This document shows, piece after piece, positions 25,401 through 40,400 of a DNA stretch of 64,000 nt. Numbering within the stretch: position 1 is the stretch's first letter; each line of letters begins with the position of its first letter. The stretch comes from Phaeosaccion multiseriatum (taxonomy: Eukaryota > Protista > Ochrophyta, other classes). A model generated the notes under the pieces. The model was not told the DNA's origin. It made no database searches and worked only from the letters and a program-made list of their open reading frames with translations. The translations under genes and the position numbers were made by a program. Location: positions 1,364,001-1,428,000 of the forward strand of contig OZ218950.1 of NCBI GenBank assembly GCA_965112735.1. The letters run 5' to 3'.

Positions 25401-28400
25401 TTCTACCTTCTGATCTAACCAAGGGTGATACGTTCTTGCCAGCTGGATGCAATGACGTGGTTGCGAAGGGCGCCATCAGAGGAGACAAGGTGTGGGTGCA
25501 TACCGTGCTCACCGAGATCAGCGACAAGCGCGACAGCGTCAACTTTGACATTGTCATTGCCGACTTTGACAGCCAGTACGTGCTCGTGACCATGAAGGGC
25601 GTCAAGCTGCAGAGGGCCATGGGCTTTACGCTCCTGAACCCTCTTCGTCGAGCCTTATACTATCTGGAGTGGCAGCCAGACAAGGCTCTGGCTCTGGCAA
25701 CCACCACGGGGAAGGATGGTGTGGAGAAGGAGACGTGGCTGGCTTTGGTAGATAGAGTAAGTGCAGCTACAGCGTTGGTGAAGCGTATTGAGCAATCAGT
25801 GCCCGAGCACGTTACGCTGCGTGTGCAGGAGCGTGCCTATGACCAGGATGTGGTGAGGGCCTTGGAGAGGGGCGAGTGGTCGCGAGTGCTGTACGTGATC
25901 GGCGGTGGGAGAGAGGAGGGACAGACGGCAAGGTCGTCAGCCAGCGCCGCTCAGCAGGAAGCACAGAAGCTGCTGGCGGTAACGCAGCAGCTGGCCAAGA
26001 GACAACTCCCCTTGATGGTGCTACTACACGACACGCTGAGCAGGGGGGGCGAGGGATGGGCACACATGCTGGTCTTTGGCATGATTCGCTCCGTTCGTAT
26101 CGAGCGGCCAGAGATGCAGATCATGGTCGTGGAAGCGGATGTGGAGGACATGAGCTTGGTGTTGTGTCTTCCCCTTCAGAGTCAGGACGTGCGTGTGCAA
26201 GGAGGAGAGTGCGAGACGCCTCAGCTGACTCGCTCCTCGGTAGTCAGCCTTCCCTTCTCCTTCGATCTCATGGCGAGGGGAACCATCGAAGGAGGCTTGA
26301 AGCGCAGAGACATACTCCCTTCCGAGAGAGACACTGCCTTGCAGGACGGGGAGATTGAAATTTGTGTCAAGGCGGTGGGGCTCAACTTCAGAGACGTGCT
26401 GAACGTGCTCGACCTGTACCCTGGCGACCCTGGGCAGCCTGGCATCGAGCTATCGGGGGTGGTCACTCGAGCATCGCGAAACTCGCGCTTTCAAGTGGGA
26501 GACAAGGTCTACGGGTTTCCGGACAAGGGATGCTTCTGCTCCCACGTAACGACAAGTGACGTGTGTCTGGCCAATATGCCTTCCAACAGGACCTTCGAGG
26601 ACATGGCAGCGCTGCCTATCGCGTGGCTCACAGTGGTGCACGCCTTTGAGCAACTCGCTGGCTTGAAGCGTGGTGAGAAGGTGCTCATCCATGCCGCGTC
26701 AGGTGGAGTGGGTCTGGTGGCCGTGCAGATTGCTCAGCGCATCGGAGCGGAGATCTACGCCACTGCTGGATCCGAGGAGAAGCACGCCTACTTGCGAGGT
26801 CTGGGCGTGAAGCACGTTGCGTCGTCGCGAGATGCGGAGGCCTTCAAGGCTTCCATGGGAGCTGCAAAGGTGGATGTGGTGCTCAATTGCCTGTCCGACA
26901 ACTTCATCCCTTACTCTCTGGAGCTGCTGACGAAGAACGGGCGCTTCATGGAGATCGGCAAGCGAGGCGTGTGGACCAGGGAGGCGATGAAGGCTGCCAG
27001 GCCCGACGTGCTGTACGAGCCGATTGCGCTGGACTCCATGATAGCAGACGACTTCAAGGCCGAGAAGCAGGGCTGGGCGTTCGCTGGGCTGGAGCAGCTG
27101 ACAGCGGACAGTGAGGCGGGCAGGGCTGAGGCGCTACCAGTGAAGGCGTTCGACTTGAGGGATGAGCTTGCGGAGGCAATGAACTTCCTCAGAACTGCGA
27201 AGCATATAGGCAAGGTTGTGCTCAGTAGCCCTGAGTGTGGCATTCCCGTCGTGCGAGATGGGACTTACGTTATCAGCGGTGGGCTGGGGGCGCTGGGGCT
27301 GGCGACTGCGAAGCATTTGGCTGATAAAGGAGCTCGTCATCTTGTACTGCTCTCGCGAGGGGGAAGGGTCAAGGCGGACTCCCAGGCGCTGTGGGAGGAG
27401 CTTCTCAACGTGCCCGGCGGGGTGAGCACCAGGGCTGTATCGTGCGACGTGTCTAGCGCGCAGTCGCTTGAGAAGGCCCTAGGCACGGCACTCAGCAGCA
27501 TGCCGCCCGTGCGAGGTGTCATCCATGCTGCTGGCGTGCTCGACGATCGCTTGCTGGTGGACCAGACGCCCGAGAGTATCGAAGAGGTCTTCAAGCCGAA
27601 GGTGGAGGGCGCTTGGAATCTGCACGAGCTGTCGCTGCAGATGGCCTGGCCCTTGGACTTCTTTGTGTCCTACACATCCATGGCGGGTGTGCTAGGTAAT
27701 GCAGGCCAGGCCAACTATGCTGCAGCCAACGCTGCTGTGGACGGGCTGATGCAGCATCGTCGGCGTCTCGGTCACTCCAGCTCTGTGGCCCTGCAGTGGG
27801 GGCCGTGGGCCGAAGCTGGCATGGCCGCTCGGTCCGAAGTTGCCATGGCCAGTCTGGAGATGGCCGGCGTTGGGCTCATCAGTAAGGCATTGGGTATGGC
27901 GGCGCTTGATGCTGGCGTGTCAGCCCCATCTGCGGTATCGCGCGAGCTCCTGGTCCTGCCTGGCATGGACTGGCCCGCCTTTTCTCAGGCGGCTGGCAAC
28001 CCGGGGATGCTTGATGCTCTCGTTACAGAGGCTTCAATTGTTGGACCGCAGAACAAGGCTAGCAACAGTGTGACTACCGAGGTTAAGCGCGACCTACTGG
28101 AGCTGTTGGAGGAAGAGCGAAAGCCCATGCTGCAGGCTTTAATCATGGAGATGGCAAAAGCATGCATTGGGGAAGCAGACATCGAGCTCGACGCTTTGAG
28201 GCCTTTGATGGAGGCTGGGCTGGACTCCATGTCTACGGTGGAGCTTCGGAGTCGACTCCAAGCTCGCTTCGGCGTGCCGGTCCCCAACGACGTGCTCTTC
28301 AGTCACCCCTCAGTGGCAGCGCTGACTGTGTGGCTCGAGGGCTTGGTCTTGGGGACTGAGGAGGGTGAATATGAGGAGAGGAATGCTGAACCGGCTGGAG

Positions 28401-31400
28401 GTAGCATGACTGCCCCCCTGGCTATTGTGGGCATGGCGTGCCGCTTGCCAGGTGGTTCGAACAGCCCAGAGGAGTTTTGGGCCATGCTTAGCAATGGCAA
28501 GGACTGTGTCCAGCCAGCTCCGCTCGACCGCTGGGCGAGCAAGGAGGAGGATGAGCAGCAGTGGCAAGGAAGCTTCATCGACGGCGTGGAAATGTTCGAT
28601 TCATCTGTGTTCGGCATATCCAGTCCTGAGGCTTCTGCCATGGACCCACACCAACGGGTGATGCTGGAGGTGGGACTGGAGGCGCTTGTGAATGCGGGCT
28701 ATACCAAGCGAAGCCTGAGGGGCAGTCAGACCGGAGTGTTCGTGGGCATGAGCGGCAGTGACTGGGGAGCACTCGGGGAAGGCTCATCCTCGACAGGCGC
28801 GTATAGCACCATGGGCGCAGCCGGGGCAAGCGTGTCCAATCGTCTGTCGTACACGCTCGGACTGCAGGGCCCGTCCATGACCACTGACACGGCGTGCTCG
28901 TCCTCTCTGGTGGCCCTGGACAGCGCTTGCAGCAGCTTACGCATGGGCAAGTGCGACGCAGCCGTGGTGGGCGGAGTGAATCTGTTGCTGGGCACGCAGA
29001 GCTTCGAAAGGCTGAAGGGAAGTGGTTTCTTATCGCCCGACGGGTACGTGCGCTTATGTGTGGAGTGCTTCCATTCCTGTTTGTGTTCACCCCTCTTCTC
29101 CCTTTGGCCATCGCCTCTCTGGCAAATCGCACAGTGTACAGGCAACAAGTGAGAACGACTTGAGTGCCTTACCAAGTCAACTTACCTCACCCCATCCCAC
29201 AATTCCCATGCCCTTCTCAGGCGCTGCAAGACGTTCGACGCGTCGGTAAACGGATACGTGCGTGGTGAAGGATGCGGTGCCGTTGTGCTGAAACTTTTGG
29301 ATGACGCCCTCGCTGCCGGAGACACGGTCCTCGCTGTGATTGAGGGCTGTGCCGTGAACCACAACGGAACCAGTGCCCGCCTCACGGCCCCCAGCCCCGC
29401 CGCCCAGCAGAGACTCATCGAGGCGACGCTGCGTGAGGCCGGTCGAGAGGGCTCCGAGGTACGCATCGTGGAGGCGCACGGCACGGGAACCTCGCTAGGC
29501 GACCCCATCGAGATGAGCGCTCTGAAGGCCACGTACGGGAAGAACCGTGACGACTCTTTCCGGCTTGTGGTGGGTGCAGTCAAGACCAACATTGGCCATC
29601 TGGAGGGTGCGGCGGGCATTGCCGGGCTCATCAAGGCCGTCTTGATGCTGCAGCACCGCACCGTGCCCGCCAACCTTCACCTCGAGAGCGTCAACCCGGA
29701 TCTGGACATGGACGGCTTCCCCGTGCAGCTCCCGTCGGCGATGGTGCAGCTGGAGGACGAGGGAGATATGTTGGTGGGGGTGAGCTCATTCGGGGCGGGA
29801 GGAACGAATGCACACGTGCTGCTGAAGAGCTATGGGGAGAAGAGTGAGGGTGCGCCAGGCCCTAATCCGGGGCAAGCAGAGACTTCAGTGGCGTTTTTGT
29901 TCACCGGACAGGGCTCGCAGTACGTGGGCATGGGCAGGGAGCTGTACGAGAAGGAGGGCGTGTTCCGCGAGTGCGTGCAGCGGTGCAGTAGGCTGCTCAT
30001 GGAGCGGGCCTGGCTGGACAAATCTGTGGCGGAGCTCATGTACCCTGCCGTCGCTGAGGATGGGAAGGAGGAGGAGGAGACTGCACAAGCGATGCTGAAG
30101 GAGACACGCTACTGCCAGCCGTGCCTGTTTGTGCTGGAGTACGCCCTGTGTGAGCTGTGGAAGTCGGAGGGTGTGGAGCCTTCCATGGTGATGGGCCACA
30201 GCCTGGGCGAGGTAGTGGCGGCGTGCGTGGCCGGCGTCATGTCGCTGGAGGACGGGCTGATGCTGTCCGCCAAGCGAGGAGCCGCCATGCAGGCCTGCCC
30301 CGAGGGCGAGGGGGTGATGTTCGCAGTGAGGGCAGGCAAGGAGGCGACTTTGGCAAGTATCGACGCTGCGGGGGGGATAGGCGAGGCGGTGCTGGCGTCG
30401 TCGAATGGACCGAGCGCGAGCGTGATCTCTGGAGCGCGCAGTGCTGTGGACAAGGTGGTGGAGAGGCTGACGGCAGATGGGGTGGGCTGCAAGGCTCTGG
30501 ATGTGTCGCACGCCTTCCACTCTCCTCTGATGGAGCCCGCTGTACGTGCGCTGGAGGAGGTTCTGAGGCAGGTGTCACTCAGCGCCCCACGCATTCCCCT
30601 GGTGTCCAACGTGACGGGTGAGGTGGTGAGAGGGGAGGAGGTGACGCAGGCGACGTACTGGGTGCAACACATGCTGTCGCCAGTGCTGTTCGCAGAAGGC
30701 ATCCACACGCTGGTGGAGCAATCCATGGGGGATGGGAGTGGCTTTAATGTTGTTGAGGTGGGCCCCAACCCTGTGCTGAGCAGCATGGGAGCCAAGTGCG
30801 AGCGTCGCGAGGGGCTGGCATGGATCTCCTCTCTTATGCGAGGAAAGAGCGCTGAGGAGTCGTTTGGCGAGGCGGTGGGCAGAGTAACGGGGCAAGAGCG
30901 TATCACGCTTTTCCCGACGCGTCGGTCCTTTCGCTGGTACCAGCCTCCGCTGGCATTCATGCCGAGTGGCGAGCTGTCCCAAGAGGGAGACGGGATGCGC
31001 CTCTCCAGCCCCTTCTCCCTTCACCTGAAGGACCTTCTCAAGGACCATACCGTCAACAACGTGGTGATCATTCCAGGCGTGACGTTCATCGAGGTGGGCG
31101 TTGTCGCTGCTCTAGGAGGGAGACAGCTCGGGGTGCAGCAGCAAGTAGTCCTGCAAGGAGCCAGCTTTGTGGTTCCGTTGGAGGTTGAGGGTTTCCAGCA
31201 GGCCGGCACAGACCAAGCGCAAAGCCGCAATACAATCGTCTGTGACGGCCTGAGTGCCCTGCACGCGAGCGATGGAAGCATGCAGTTTTTCGGGGGTGCC
31301 GAGGGCGACCATGGCACGACGGCGAGGATGGCCCACGTGTCCGTCTCGGGGAGAACAGAGCCACGCGCCGCGCTCGATGTAGAAGGCATCCAGGGGCGAG

Positions 31401-34400
31401 TAGGGGCGGTGGAGTTGACCCGTACCCTGTACAAGGCAATGGCGGACGCCAACTTCAACTATGGCCCTCGCTTTGAGCGGAATGTGCACATGTTCGCCAA
31501 TGACGGGGAGGTGCTGTCGGTCGTGCGTGCTCTCGACCCGGAGCTATGCGAGCCATGGGAGGTGATGGGCTTTGCTGTGCACCCTGCGGTGCTTGACAAT
31601 GCCACTCACTCCGCCCTGCACGCAATGCCACGCCAGTTGCTGAAAGCCAGGGGTGGGGCTCCATTCCTGCCCGCTGGCTTCGACGAGGTGGTGGTATTTG
31701 GTGGCGTAACAGGAGCGAAGGTGTGGGTGCATACACTACTCACTGAAGTGGAGAACGGGGCCAACAGCATCAAGTTTGACATCAAGGTCGCCGACTTCGA
31801 GACCAAGCAGATTCTTGTCGACATGCGAGGCTTCCGTCTGCAGAGGGCGAGAGGCTTTGCGCGGCCCAATCCGCTTCGTCGCGCGATGTACGCGCTGGAA
31901 TGGCAGGCCACTGAGCTTTCCTTGCCTGCACAGCTACCTCTTCATGATACGGAGGCGGCGCGGCAGAAGTGGCTGGTGGTTATCGCACAGGAGGAGAGGG
32001 AGGGCGAGACTTCAATGACTGCGGCAGTGCGGCGCTCTGCTCCGGAGGGCGTGGACGTGCACACTCGATACGGGGGGGTGGACGGCTCTTGGGATGCTGG
32101 TGCGCTGCTTGGAGAGGAAGAGTGGACTCGGGTCTTGTACGTGCTCATCCCCAGGGATGGCGAAGAAGACGCAGAAGGAAGCCCGCAAGCACGAGCGGCC
32201 TACGCCCTCATGGCTCTACTGAGGAGCATGTCCGCTACGACGAGTGTGCCACTGACGGTCTTGACGAGAGGCGTCCAAAGCGGCGAGGACTGGCGTCACA
32301 GCTGGGTGACTGGGCTGGTGCGGACTGCGAGGGTGGAGCACCCTTCCATGCAGATTGGCGTGGTGGACCTCAGCGGCCAGAAGGCCAAAGACAGCGAGCT
32401 TGCCTTAGGCTTGGCCTTCCCTGCCACAGAAGATGTGTGGGTACGCGACGGACAGTGCTGGGCTCCTAAGCTTATACGTCAGCCCCTGCAGCTTCCCTTC
32501 GTGCTTGACTTGAAGACAAGAGGCAGCATTGTGAACGCTTTCGCCCTGCGTGACGATACGAGCGTTGGTAAGCATCAGTCCCTCGACCCAGCAGCTGGCA
32601 GCTCCGTAGAGGTGGCGGTGAGGGCCGTTGGACTGAACTTCCGGGACGTGCTGAATGTGCTGGACATGTACCCTGGCGACCCTGGAGATCCTTGCTCCGA
32701 GTTTGCCGGGGAGGTGATCAGTGTGGGAGGAAGCTCGCGCTTCCGTGTCGGCGACTCAGTGTTTGGCTTTGGGGATGCGGGATGTTTGCGCAGTCATATG
32801 ACGACGAGTGATGTGTGTCTGGCCGTGATGCCGGCCGTGCTGAGCTTCGAGCAGGCTGCTGCACTTCCCACCGTGTTCCTCACCGTGAGGAAGGCCCTTG
32901 AGGGCCTCAAGGCTGGAGAGAAGGTCTTGATTCACGCCGCATCGGGCGGTGTGGGCCTTGCCGCCGTGCAGTATGCTCAGCGGGTGGGCGCAGAGGTGTA
33001 CGCTACTGCCGGTGCTGCTATGAAGCATGACTTCCTCCGGAGCTTGGGAGTGGAGCACATTGCGTCATCGAGAGACGCGGAGGCGTTCAAGCAGTCCATG
33101 GGTGAGATGAGGGTGGACGTGGTGCTCAACTCTCTGAGTGATGACTACATTCCCTTCTCGCTTGCCATGCTAAGTGAGGGTGGTACATTCGTCGAGATTG
33201 GCAAGCGAGGCGTGTGGAGTCACGAGCAGATGCGCACCGCCCGGCCCGGTATAAGGTACGAGCTGCTGGCATTGGATAGTATGATTGAGTCTGACTTCGT
33301 TGCTCGTGAGCCAGGCTGGATCAGTGGCGGGCTGCAGCGTCTTGCTGAAGACTGCATGTCTGGCAATGTGAAGCCCTTGCCGACCATACCCTTTGACATG
33401 AGGGAGGATACCCAGAGGGCCATGGCACTCATGAGCCAAGCGAAGCACATCGGCACGGTGGTGCTGACCAACCCCTCGTACGGTGTGCCAGTAGTGTCCG
33501 ACGGCACGTACGTCATCAGCGGCGGTCTGGGGGCTCTCGGTCTCGTGACGGCCCAGCACCTCGCGTCGAGGGGCGCTCGTCACTTGGTGCTGCTGTCGAG
33601 GAGTGGGAAGGTCGCTGAGAGCATGACAGAACAGTGGCAGCAGCTTCGGAACAAGGTGGAGCTGATCCATACTCCTTCTTGTGATGTTGCTGATGCTGAG
33701 GCACTTCGGACTTGCCTGGGGGGCGTTCTGCCTCTGCTGCCCCCTGTGCGCGGGGTGGTGCATGCTGCCGGGGTGTTGGACGACAAACGGCTCACAAAGC
33801 AGACAGAGGAGAGCGTGGTGAAGGTGTTCCGACCGAAGGTGCAGGGGGGGATGAACTTGCACGAGCTTTCGTTGGCTTGGGCGAAGGAGGAGGGGCGCGC
33901 TCCTGGCCTTGACTTCTTCTTTTGCTTCACATCCATGGCGGGAGTACTGGGTAACGCTGGACAGGCCAACTACGCTGCAGCGAATGCTGCTGTGGACGGG
34001 CTGATGCGGCACAGGCGACACCTCGGGCTCACAGGGACGTCATTGCAGTGGGGGCCGTGGGCTGACGTGGGTATGGCCGCCCAACTCGATATCGCTCAAA
34101 GGCAGTTGGAGCTGGCGGGTGTGGGTACGGTGTCAGCTGAGCTGGGCATGGCTGCCTTAGATGCGGCTGCGATGCCGTCAGCGTATTTGGGCGATGTTGC
34201 CGTTCTGCCTGGCATGGACTGGGCCAAGTTTGCAGAGAGCATGGGGGCGTCCCGCGGCTCGTTCCTGCTGTCAGGGCTTGTCGCAACAGCAGCGGGGGCG
34301 TCGCGCAACACCGAACTCAACAATGAAGTGCGCGAGGCGCTCTTGAGACTGCCCCCTGGCGAGCGACAGCAATCAGTGCGATTGGCGGTGCTTGATATCG

Positions 34401-37400
34401 CCAAGGACCTACTTGGGGAGGGTGCCGAAGAGCTGGACGCGAACACGCCTTTGATGGAAGCAGGTCTTGACTCTTTGTCAACAGTGGAGCTGCGCGGCCG
34501 TCTACAGGCTCGCTTCGGGGTTGTAGCTACCACTGACGTGCTCTTCGCGCATCCCACGGTAGCGGCGCTGGCAGTGTGGATCGAAGCGGAGGTGCTTGGC
34601 GAGGTAGAGGAACCCTCTACCAGTCGCTCTGTGGCGATCGCTGCTGAAGCGTACCGCACTGACTCAAGGGCGCCGCTGGCCGTCGTCGGGATTGCCTGTC
34701 GCTTCCCTGGAGGGGTGAACAACCCCGAGGACTTCTGGGCTATGCTCTGTGCAGGGACAGACTGTATTGGAGCCAGTCCTGTTGGTCGCTGGGCCGATGA
34801 GGGTCAGAAGCAGTGGCAAGGGGGCTTCATTGATGGAGTAGAGGCTTTTGACAACACCTTCTTCGGCATCTCTGCGGCCGAGGCGGGTGCCATGGACCCT
34901 CATCAGCGCGTCATGCTGGAGGTGGGGTACGAGGCTCTGCACAGGGCGGGATACCGCAAGGATACACTACATGGCAGCAACACCGGTGTGTTCGTGGGTA
35001 TGTCCGGCAGCGAGTGGGGCTCAGTGGTAGACGATGCGAACAAGGGTGCGTACTCCGTCATGGGCATGTCCAATGCGAGTCCGGCAAATCGGATGTCTTA
35101 CGTGCTGGGCCTCGGAGGGCCGAGCATGAGTGTCGACACGGCGTGCTCGTCGTCTTTGGTGGCACTGGAGGGGGCCTGCAGCAGCTTGAGGCTGGGGAAG
35201 TGTGACGTCGCCTTGGTGGGAGGCGTCAACTTGCTGCTGGGTATACAGACGTTCGAGACCCTCGCTGAAGGGGGTTTCCTGAGTCTTGACTGGTAAGTGT
35301 GTGTTTCTTTTGTGTGGGTGGTAGCTTGTTCTTGGGGCCGCGATGAGAGCCATATCAAAAGGCCCAAGCTGTCTGAAAGGCCCCTGTTGCTGCTGATGGA
35401 TTTCCTCTTGTCTGTTCTTCACTTTTGCAAACCCTCAATTCCTCATGGTCAGGCGCTGCAAGACGTTCGACGCTGCGGCCAACGGTTATGTTCGAGGTGA
35501 GGGCTGCGGCGCCGTGGTACTGAAGCGACTGGATGATGCACAGGCCACTGGCGACCACATCCTCGCAGTCGTCAATGGCTGCGCTGCGAACCACAACGGA
35601 AGGAGTTTGCGCTACACTGCCCCGAGCCCTACTGCTCAGCAGCGTCTGATGGAGCAGGCACTGGCGGAGGCCGGCTTGAGCGGTCTGGAGGTTGATTACG
35701 TGGAGGCACACGGCACCGGGACTTCTCTCGGCGACCCCATCGAGATGAGTGCTTTGAGGGCCGTGTATGGCCAAGGCCGCGAGGAAGCTCGGCCCCTGGT
35801 GGTTGGGGCGGTGAAGACCAATATCGGGCATCTAGAGGGTGCGTCCGGAATCGCTGGCCTCATCAAGGCTCTGCTGGTCCTTCAGCATGGATCTGCTCCC
35901 CCCAATCTCCACATGAGGAAGCTCAACCCGGAGCTTCGTTTGGATGGCTTTCCAGTGACTTTGCCGTCTGCCATCGTGCCACTAAGTGCCAGGGACGGGG
36001 AGAGGCGCACTGCTGCTGTCAGCTCCTTCGGCGCGGGAGGAGCCAACGCCCATGCGGTGCTCAGCAGTTTCAGACCGACGATGGTAGAGGAGAGCGAGAG
36101 CGAAGCCTTGCTGCAGCTGGATGGACAGCAAGGCAAGAAGAGTTCGCCGGTGACGTTCTTGTTCACAGGACAGGGTTCCCAGTACGTGGGCATGGGCAGG
36201 GAGCTGTACGAGAAGGAGGGTGTGTTCCGCGAGTGCGTGCAGCGGTGCAGTAGGCTGCTCATGGAGCGGGACTGGCTGGACAAGTCTGTGGTGGAGCTCA
36301 TGTACCCTGCCGCCGCTGAGGATGGGAAGGAGGAGGAGGAGACTGTACAAGCGATGCTCAAGGAGACACGCTACTGCCAGCCGTGCCTGTTTGTGCTGGA
36401 ATACGCCCTGTGTGAGCTGTGGAAGTCGGAGGGCGTGGAGCCTTCCATGGTGATGGGCCACAGCCTGGGCGAGGTAGTGGCGGCGTGCGTGGCCGGCGTT
36501 ATGTCGCTGGAGGACGGGCTGATGCTGTCCGCCAAGCGAGGAGCCGCCATGCAGGCCTGCCCCGAGGGCGAGGGAGTGATGTTCGCAGTGAGGGCAGGCA
36601 AGGAGGCGACCTTGGCAGGCATCGTGGCTGCTAGGCTGGCAGGCGAAGTGGTGCTGGCGTCGTCGAACGGACCGAGCGCGAGCGTGATCTCTGGAGCGCG
36701 CAGTGCTGTGGACAAGGTGGTGGAGAAGCTCACGGCAGATGGGGTGGGCTGCAAGGCCCTGGAGGTGTCGCACGCCTTCCACTCTCCTCTGATGGAGCCC
36801 GCTGTACGTGCGCTGGAGGAGGTTCTGAGGCAGGTGTCATTCAGCACCCCACGCATTCCCCTGGTGTCCAACGTGACGGGTGAGGTGGTGAGAGGGGAGG
36901 AGGTGACGCAGGCGACGTATTGGGTGCAACACATGCTATCGCCGGTGCTGTTCGCAGAATGCATCCACACGGTGGTGGAGCACTGGATGGGAGGCGGGAG
37001 GGGGGCTGACCTGAGCATCGTTGAGGTGGGTCCCAACCCTGTGCTGAGCAGTATGGGGGCCAAGTGCGAGCGTCGCGAGGGCCTGGCGTGGATCTCTTCC
37101 CTCACGCGCGGGAAGAGCTCTGAGGATTCTTTTGGAGCGGCTCTGAGCACAGTACAGCAGCAAAAGTGTAAGGAGCGCATCCTATTCCCAACGCGCAAGG
37201 CCTTTCCTTGGTACACAGCGCGAGCTACAGCAGCACCTCAGACGTGGAGTGAAGCGGAGCAGGGCCCGCTCTATGTTGTTGAGTGGGAGGCGGTGGAGGT
37301 GCCCGAGGCTTCGCAGCAGGCGTCGCTGACCGGCAGCCTTCCGTGGCTCGTCGTGATTCCCGAGGCAGCCGAAGGGCAGCACGCATCGAGCAACCACAGA

Positions 37401-40400
37401 GCGTTGGAAGCTATTCGAAGCACGGCGACAGCAATTGGTGTAGAGGTGCACATGGTGGAGGCGGTCGGCTCGGACACGCAGCCACGTGGGGCCCATCTCT
37501 TCTACGTGGTGTCAGGGACGTGCGCTCCTACCGACGGGGCAATCCACTTTGTGCAAACTGTACAGAGCTTAGACGGGGACGAGGCAGTGATGCCCGTCAC
37601 TGTGGTCACAACGGGAGTGTACAGCGGTGCTGGTTGGCAGGACAGCTGGGTGGTGGGGCTGGTGAGAAGCATACGCCTGGAGCGGGGCGACCTCTCCGTG
37701 AACCACGTGGACCTTGAGTGTGCCATGTCTCCACAGTCTGAGGATGCTCGACCTAGAGTAGAGGAGATGGAAGCCCAAACTGTCTCCCAGGCGGTGACGC
37801 TGGCTACAGAAGCTCACGACGGAGCGCGAGGCATGGACCTGCTGGTTCGAGGGTGTGGGATCCTCGCTCCGAGGCTGGTGCCCAGCCCACTCCATCTGAC
37901 GCCGGCAGGAGTCGATCGCTTCACGTACAGAGAGGATGGGACCTACCTGATCAGCGGTGGGCTGGGTGGGCTGGGTCTGGCGACGGCGAATCACTTGGTC
38001 TCCCAGGGTGCTCGACACCTGCTCCTCCTTTCTCGAAGCGGCCGGGCGACAGAGGAAGCTTCAGAGCTGTGGCAGGCCCTGCAGAGCATGGAGAGTGTCA
38101 CCGCTGTGGCCGTGGCCTGCGATGTGTCCGATATGGGCCAGCTTCGAGATGCTGTAGCAACGGCCTTGGTGGGGCTACCTCATGTTCGGGGTGTGATTCA
38201 CGCAGCGGGGGTGACTGGCGCAAAGGGAATGTTGTCGGGCGAGAAGGAAGAGAACGTGCGAAATGTCTTTGCCGCCAAGATACAGGGAGGTTGGAATCTC
38301 CACGCGCTGTGCCTCGAGTGGGCGGCGAGCGGCAGGGAGGAGATCGACTTCTTCGCCTCGTACTCATCGACCTCCGCTTTGCTTGGCTTGTCCAATCAGA
38401 GCGCCTATGCCGGGGCAAACGCTGCTTTGGACGGGCTGATGCGGTACCGCCGACGCCAGCTTGGCCTTCCTGCTTCCAACATTCAGTGGGGCCCATGGGG
38501 CGACGTGGGTATGGCGGTGCGGCTTGAAATGGTGTCCAAAGCTGCGGAGATGACCGGAGTGGGCCTGATCTCATCGGCGCTAGGTATGAAGGCTCTGGAT
38601 GCCGTCCTTGCAAGTCAAGCGCAAGCCAACGTGCAGGAGGTGGCCGTCATGCCGGCCATGAGGTGGGGCAGATTTCGAGCGAGCTTGGACCCGGTGCACA
38701 GCGATTTCCTCGGGCAATTGACAGACCGCGGAGAAAATGATGAGGCGTCAAGAGGGTACAGCGTCAACGCCGAGGTGCGGGAGGCGCTCCTGCTCTTGCC
38801 GGAGTCAGCACGGCGGGAGAGGATCGAGCAGGTCCTGACGGACATGGTGGTGGAGTGCGTTGGCGAGGACTTCACCTTGGCAGCAACGATGCCCTTGATG
38901 GAAGCCGGACTCGATTCGATGGCGTCCGTGGAGTTTCGCAAGCGAATCGAGGCCTGGTGTGGTGTCCCCGTGTCGAATGGCGCCTTCTTCTCGTATCCAT
39001 CGGTGTCTGCAATGGCCGCGTGGCTCGAGGCCCAGATTCTCGAGGTGCTGGATGATGCAGAGGGGGGTAAAGAGGTGCTGACAGGACAGCACTTGTCCTC
39101 GGACTCTCGAGCCCCCATCGCTGTAGTGAGTATGGCGTGTCGCCTCCCCGGCGGAGCCAATAGCCCGGAGCAGTTCTGGTCAATGATGTGCGAGGGCAGA
39201 GACTGTATTACGGCAGCGCCACACGACAGGTGGGAGAGTAAGACGGGCGAGCTGCAGCTACAGGGAGGGTTCATCGAGGGCGTGGAGATGTTCGACAATG
39301 CCTTCTTTGGCATCAGTGCTTCCGAGGCAGAGGCAATGGACCCCAATCAGCGCCTCATGCTGGAGGTGGCCTTCGAGGCCCTCCATCACGCGGGCCACAG
39401 CAAGAGCAGCCTGCGGGGCAGCAACACCGGCGTGTTCGTGGGCTTGTCGGACACGGACTGGGGCTTCGTGGCAGGAGATGCCGCTGCTCAGAGCGCCTAC
39501 GGCGGAATGGGCCTGACGGCTTCGAACATTGCTAATCGCGTATCCTACACTCTGGGTCTCTGCGGCCCCAGCGCGTTGCTGCAGACAGCATGCTCGTCGT
39601 CCCTGGTGGCTCTGGACGCTGCTTGCAGCAACCTCCGCCTGGGCAAGTGCGACTCGGCGGTGGTCGGTGGCGTGAACCTGCTGCTCGGGAAGAGCACCTT
39701 TCAGTCATTGTTTGCGGGGACCTTCCTCTCCCCCGACTGGTAAGTGGCACCGACCGCTCTGGTCTGAGTGCTCTGATTCATTTTTCCCTTTTCTGCTCCG
39801 TGCAGCTCATTCTTGGGCGTCTTCTCTACAGTTAAACAAGACCTTCCGTTGCACCCCACTCACACCCCACCAACCTTTCTCTTCCTCGTGACAGGCGCTG
39901 CAAGACGTTTGACTCATCGGCAAATGGTTACGTCAGAGGCGAAGGATGTGGTGCCATTGTGCTGAAGCGCTTTGATGATGCTATGGCCAGCGGGGACGCT
40001 GTGCTAGCGGTGATCGAGGGCTGTGCTGTCAACCACAATGGGGCCAGCGCTCGTCTGACGGCACCCAGTCCTCTTGCTCAGCAGCAGCTCCTGTCTGCCG
40101 CTCTGACAGAGGCGGGAAGGGACGCCGCAGAGGTGACCTTCGTGGAGGCGCACGGCACGGGAACGGCGCTGGGAGACCCCATCGAGATGAGCGCCCTGAA
40201 GGCAGTGTACTGCGGACCGGACCGCAGCGAGGCAAATGCCTTGGTGGTAGGTGCGCTGAAGGCCAACATCGGCCATCTGGAGGGTGCCGCAGGTATTGCA
40301 GGCCTCATCAAGACCGTACTGGTGCTGCAGCACCGCGTCGCCCCTCCGAACCTGCATTTGAAGGATATCAACCCCGAGCTGGAGCTCGCCGGCGTCCCTG

